A stretch of DNA of 32,000 nucleotides, from the NCBI RefSeq assembly GCF_000008645.1, contig NC_000916.1:1020001-1052000 (forward strand). Direction: 5' to 3'. Source of the DNA: Methanothermobacter thermautotrophicus str. Delta H. Its GTDB lineage: Archaea; Methanobacteriota; Methanobacteria; Methanobacteriales; Methanothermobacteraceae. The notes below the pieces were generated by a model, which made no database searches, was not told the DNA's origin, and was given only the letters and a program-made list of their open reading frames with translations. The translations under genes were made by a program, and so were the position numbers. This document shows, piece by piece, positions 29,310 through 32,000 of this stretch; the first letter of the stretch is position 1; each line of letters opens with the position of its first letter.

Positions 29310-30827
29310 CTACACAAGCGTCACCGTGTCCCTGAATTTTCCGGAAATTTTTGCAGATATCTGGGGGATGGTGGTGGACACTATCGATGAATCAGCCGAA
29401 CTGTAGGCGCCCTCATCATCAGAATTTCCCGGGTGAACATCTGTCCTTAGCTCTGATCTCAGATTATCAACCGTCACCTGCTCAACCCATGGGTCCCTGT
29501 CCACAATGACGAATTCATCCACAAGGCCATCCAGTTTATCTGCAATAACCCATGAGACGAACCTTGCACCGAATATGGCCACCCTTCCATGGATATCACC
29601 ATCCTCAGCCATTTTCACAAGTGCATTCACATCCCTCTTCACCTCCACCCTCTCATAGAGAGGTGTTGATGGAAGGCATGCCCAGTGGGCGTCGCCAACG
29701 TAGGTGTAACCCAGGGTCCGTGGATAAACGTTTTCTGTTCCTGAAACCTTCACAGCCGCTGCCAGAGCCTCCAGCTGGGCCTTCTGTATGGGTACCGGTG
29801 TGAGGCCGGATTCAACCTCCTCCCTCATTATTTTCATGACCCTTGGAAGCCCGAATTTACCTCTCCTGGCTGTGCCTGGAGTGTATCCGCACATGTAACC
29901 ATGATGGTTCTTCGGGAATCCTGTTATGATTGCATTGAGGCCCGCCCTGAGGCCTATACGGCACTCATCCTCGTATGCACCGTTTGTTGCAACTATCTTT
30001 CCGGGGGTGAGTATCCTTGCCGCTGCAACTGCCCCTGCAAAGGCATCCAGACGGTCCCCTGCAAGGTTAAAGGGGCCCCCCTCAAGGACGAATACATCGA
30101 CACCCATCTCAAGTCCTGCCTCGAAGCCTGATATGAGGTCATCGTATCCATCCCCAACGAACATTATGGCCTCAACGCCCTTCCCGTGTTTTCTGGCAAG
30201 TTCCAGAACTTCCTCAGCCTCCTCGAGGGGTGCTGCGTGGGTTTCAGCCCCCTGTACGGGTGTCAGGTTAACTGCAACAGAGGATGACAGTTCAACCCAT
30301 TCTTCCCTGTCAGATAGCCCCTCCTTTTCCCTGTCAAGGAGCCTTGCATGTATTCTCTCCCTTGGACAGCCCTCGAAGGGTGGGCCTTCAAGGTAGCACT
30401 GGCCGCCGCACCCGGTTATGGATCTGGGGAACCTCATTGGCCCGTATCTTCCGAAGTGGTCAAGATCCAGGGGCACCTCCGTTGTTTCCCTCACCTCCCT
30501 CATGAGTTCCACAGGTCTCATGCCATAGCTCTCGGCTATATCTGCAAATGCATAGGCGCATACATGTATGGTTGCACCTATGGTGTCAGAGAGCATACAG
30601 TTTCCCATGAGGTCAATCTTTTCAAGGTCAGAGGCACAGGTACCCACAATGAGCTCTGTGAGATCACAGCCCAGGGGAAACCTCTTGAAGGTTGCTCCAA
30701 GTTTAATCTTATCCTCCCTGGATAGGTCAGAAACAGCATCCACGACCTCTGTAACATCCCTGTCCATTTTAATGATTTCCCAGGCTGTACCTGGGTTATC
30801 CACAGCTTCCCTGATTAGTTCATGCAT
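29310..30827 (-). CDS. conserved uncharacterised 505-aa protein (function unknown)
   Basis: Long ORF with good coding look and AGGTGA RBS. Cys motif C-x3-C-x9-C (ITGCGGQCYLEGPPFEGC, about 30366-30410). Glycine-rich barrel-like middle region and a Rossmann-like C-terminal stretch (RVAIFGARFVSWVIADKL). I cannot assign a family. From memory it corresponds to the last gene of the 'flp' cluster described upstream of mvh in Methanothermobacter. Confidence 0.6.
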   Translation of the reverse strand: MHELIREAVDNPGTAWEIIKMDRDVTEVVDAVSDLSREDKIKLGATFKRFPLGCDLTELIVGTCASDLEKIDLMGNCMLSDTIGATIHVCAYAFADIAESYGMRPVELMREVRETTEVPLDLDHFGRYGPMRFPRSITGCGGQCYLEGPPFEGCPRERIHARLLDREKEGLSDREEWVELSSSVAVNLTPVQGAETHAAPLEEAEEVLELARKHGKGVEAIMFVGDGYDDLISGFEAGLEMGVDVFVLEGGPFNLAGDRLDAFAGAVAAARILTPGKIVATNGAYEDECRIGLRAGLNAIITGFPKNHHGYMCGYTPGTARRGKFGLPRVMKIMREEVESGLTPVPIQKAQLEALAAAVKVSGTENVYPRTLGYTYVGDAHWACLPSTPLYERVEVKRDVNALVKMAEDGDIHGRVAIFGARFVSWVIADKLDGLVDEFVIVDRDPWVEQVTVDNLRSELRTDVHPGNSDDEGAYSSADSSIVSTTIPQISAKISGKFRDTVTLV

Positions 30828-30943
30828 ATTGTTTCACCTTCAAAGTCACTGTAACTCAGTATGGAAGGGATGCTAATTTAAGCTTTGATAAAAGTGGTGG
30901 GTTAATAAAAATGCAGGGAATGGGTTCAGATTTTAATACCCCT

Positions 30944-31354
30944 TTACTTCCCTGCCCTCCTGAGGGGTCCCAGTGACTTCACCGTTTCATAGAATTCCTT
31001 CATCGTCTTCTGGAACTTCTCGCCCTCTGATGCTGATATCCACTCCCACCGGAATCTCTCCTTCTCAATGCCAAACTCTGGCAGTATATCCTCAATGAAC
31101 TGGGCCCTCCTCTTCCACTTGTAATTTCCAGAATCATAGTGACAGTCCCCTATGTGACATCCACCAACAAAGACTCCGTCTGCACCGTCACGGAAGGCCT
31201 TCAGAATCATGGAGGCATTGACACGACCGGAGCACATCACCCTTATTATTCTGACGTTTGGAGGGTACTGCATCCTCGCTGTTCCCGCAGTGTCGGCTCC
31301 ACCATAGGAGCACCAGTTACAACAGAATCCCACTATCTTTGGTTCGAAACTCAT
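30944..31354 (-). CDS. MvhD-like [2Fe-2S] protein (second paralogue)
   Basis: 136 aa. Same [22 protein letters not shown] and GCHIGDCHY motifs as mvhD. GGTGATGG RBS. Confidence 0.85.
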   Translation of the reverse strand: MSFEPKIVGFCCNWCSYGGADTAGTARMQYPPNVRIIRVMCSGRVNASMILKAFRDGADGVFVGGCHIGDCHYDSGNYKWKRRAQFIEDILPEFGIEKERFRWEWISASEGEKFQKTMKEFYETVKSLGPLRRAGK

Positions 31355-31400
31355 ACCATCACCTTAGAATTCCACTATCTTTGGCTCGAAAATCACCATC
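31325..31400. repeat. imperfect 40-42-bp tandem duplication of the MvhD-like gene start
   Basis: gaatCccactatctttggTtcgaaaCTCATaccatc (31325-31360) versus gaatTccactatctttggCtcgaaaATCaccatc (31367-31400), about 85% identity. The distal copy forms an 11-codon mini-ORF. Confidence 0.8.
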
Positions 31401-31405
31401 AAACT

Positions 31406-32000
31406 CTAATCCTTCTCTCCACTGTACATTGGCGGTAGCTCTTCACTCACACCTGCTGTGAAACCTGTTCTGTCACGGTATTTCCTCTGTATTCTGTGGT
31501 AGATCCTTGCTAGGGGGATGTCCATGGGGCATACATCTTCGCACTGTCCGCAGTTGATGCAGCTGAAGCCCATATGGGACAGTCTCACACCCTGGAATGT
31601 CAGGGGGTCGGGGGCTTTTTCATCTGACTCCAGGAGGTAATCCTTCTCAAGTTCGCATTCCCTGCAGAAACATATTGGGCACAGATCCCTGCATGCGAAG
31701 CAGTTGATGCAGCGTTTCCAGTATTCATCCCAATCATCCAGGGAAGGGTACTCATCCTCCAGATACTTGTCCTGGAACTTCCTGGCCATCTTAATCATGG
31801 CATTTTCAATTTTCTCCCTGATCTCTATCATCTTCATTGGTGGCTCTTTGACCTCGAGGTAGCCCTCCCTGCGGGCTCCCTCGATGATTTCCTCGCCCCG
31901 ATCTGTGTTGACCTCGATGAAGGTCCATCCCTCCTCTGCACCCCAGTTTCCGCAGGCAATGTCTGCATTCCTGGGCACCATCAGCTCGCATCTCTGGCAG
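31406..32000 (-). CDS. FdhB/FrhB-family iron-sulfur flavoprotein (formate dehydrogenase beta-like), 3' part; 5' end outside the window
   Basis: The frame is open to the window edge (..CQRCELMVPRNADIACGNWG). The FrhB/FdhB C-terminal region is followed by two ferredoxin-type motifs, CINCFACRDLCPICFC and CINCGQCEDVCP. Stop TAG 31406-31408. Confidence 0.75.
   Translation of the reverse strand, partial: CQRCELMVPRNADIACGNWGAEEGWTFIEVNTDRGEEIIEGARREGYLEVKEPPMKMIEIREKIENAMIKMARKFQDKYLEDEYPSLDDWDEYWKRCINCFACRDLCPICFCRECELEKDYLLESDEKAPDPLTFQGVRLSHMGFSCINCGQCEDVCPMDIPLARIYHRIQRKYRDRTGFTAGVSEELPPMYSGEKD

Overview
The window reads as core chromosome of a thermophilic hydrogenotrophic methanogen. Gene content and order resemble Methanothermobacter thermautotrophicus; this is recalled from the known mvhDGAB-mrtBDGA adjacency, not searched. 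I support about 30 protein genes and found no tRNA, rRNA, CRISPR array or mobile element.

Gene content by region:
- 0.2-7.4 kb: pycB, a P-II-like/larC/queC operon, a cobZ-like gene plus cobS, aTrm56 and upp.
- 7.5-11.5 kb: fumarase beta, mfnA and ppsA. All three have disturbed reading frames.
- 11.5-20.2 kb: rpl10e, a cooC-like gene, a pcc1-like gene, the methanogen-type serS, a B-box zinc-ribbon membrane protein, a PAS histidine kinase (frameshifted), a long FKBP, a TmcAL-like nucleotidyltransferase, pyrC and a CooT-like gene.
- 20.3-24.6 kb: methyl-coenzyme M reductase isoenzyme II, mrtBDGA. There is no mcrC-type gene.
- 25.1-29.1 kb: F420-non-reducing [NiFe] hydrogenase mvhDGAB, including the 12-cluster polyferredoxin.
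- 29.3-32.0 kb: an uncharacterised 505-aa protein, a second MvhD paralogue, and the 3' part of an FdhB/FrhB-like iron-sulfur flavoprotein.

Most of this is well-known biology. The points worth a second look are:
- At least 10 apparent single-base frame disruptions in four otherwise conserved genes between 7.5 and 15.5 kb. Sequence error is more likely than decay.
- Three short (40-52 bp) tandem duplications sitting on gene starts or stops. Two of them create upstream mini-ORFs.
- A 66-nt tract that is 95% identical between the two mvhD paralogues, which suggests gene conversion.
- Twin palindromes in the long AT-rich mvhB-mrtB spacer.
- The uncharacterised 505-aa gene wedged between two MvhD-type modules.
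- Nickel-handling genes (LarC, CooC-like, CooT-like) close to the nickel enzymes.

I do not see a clear novel multi-gene system. The Fdh-like/MvhD-like/505-aa cluster is the best candidate for under-described biology.
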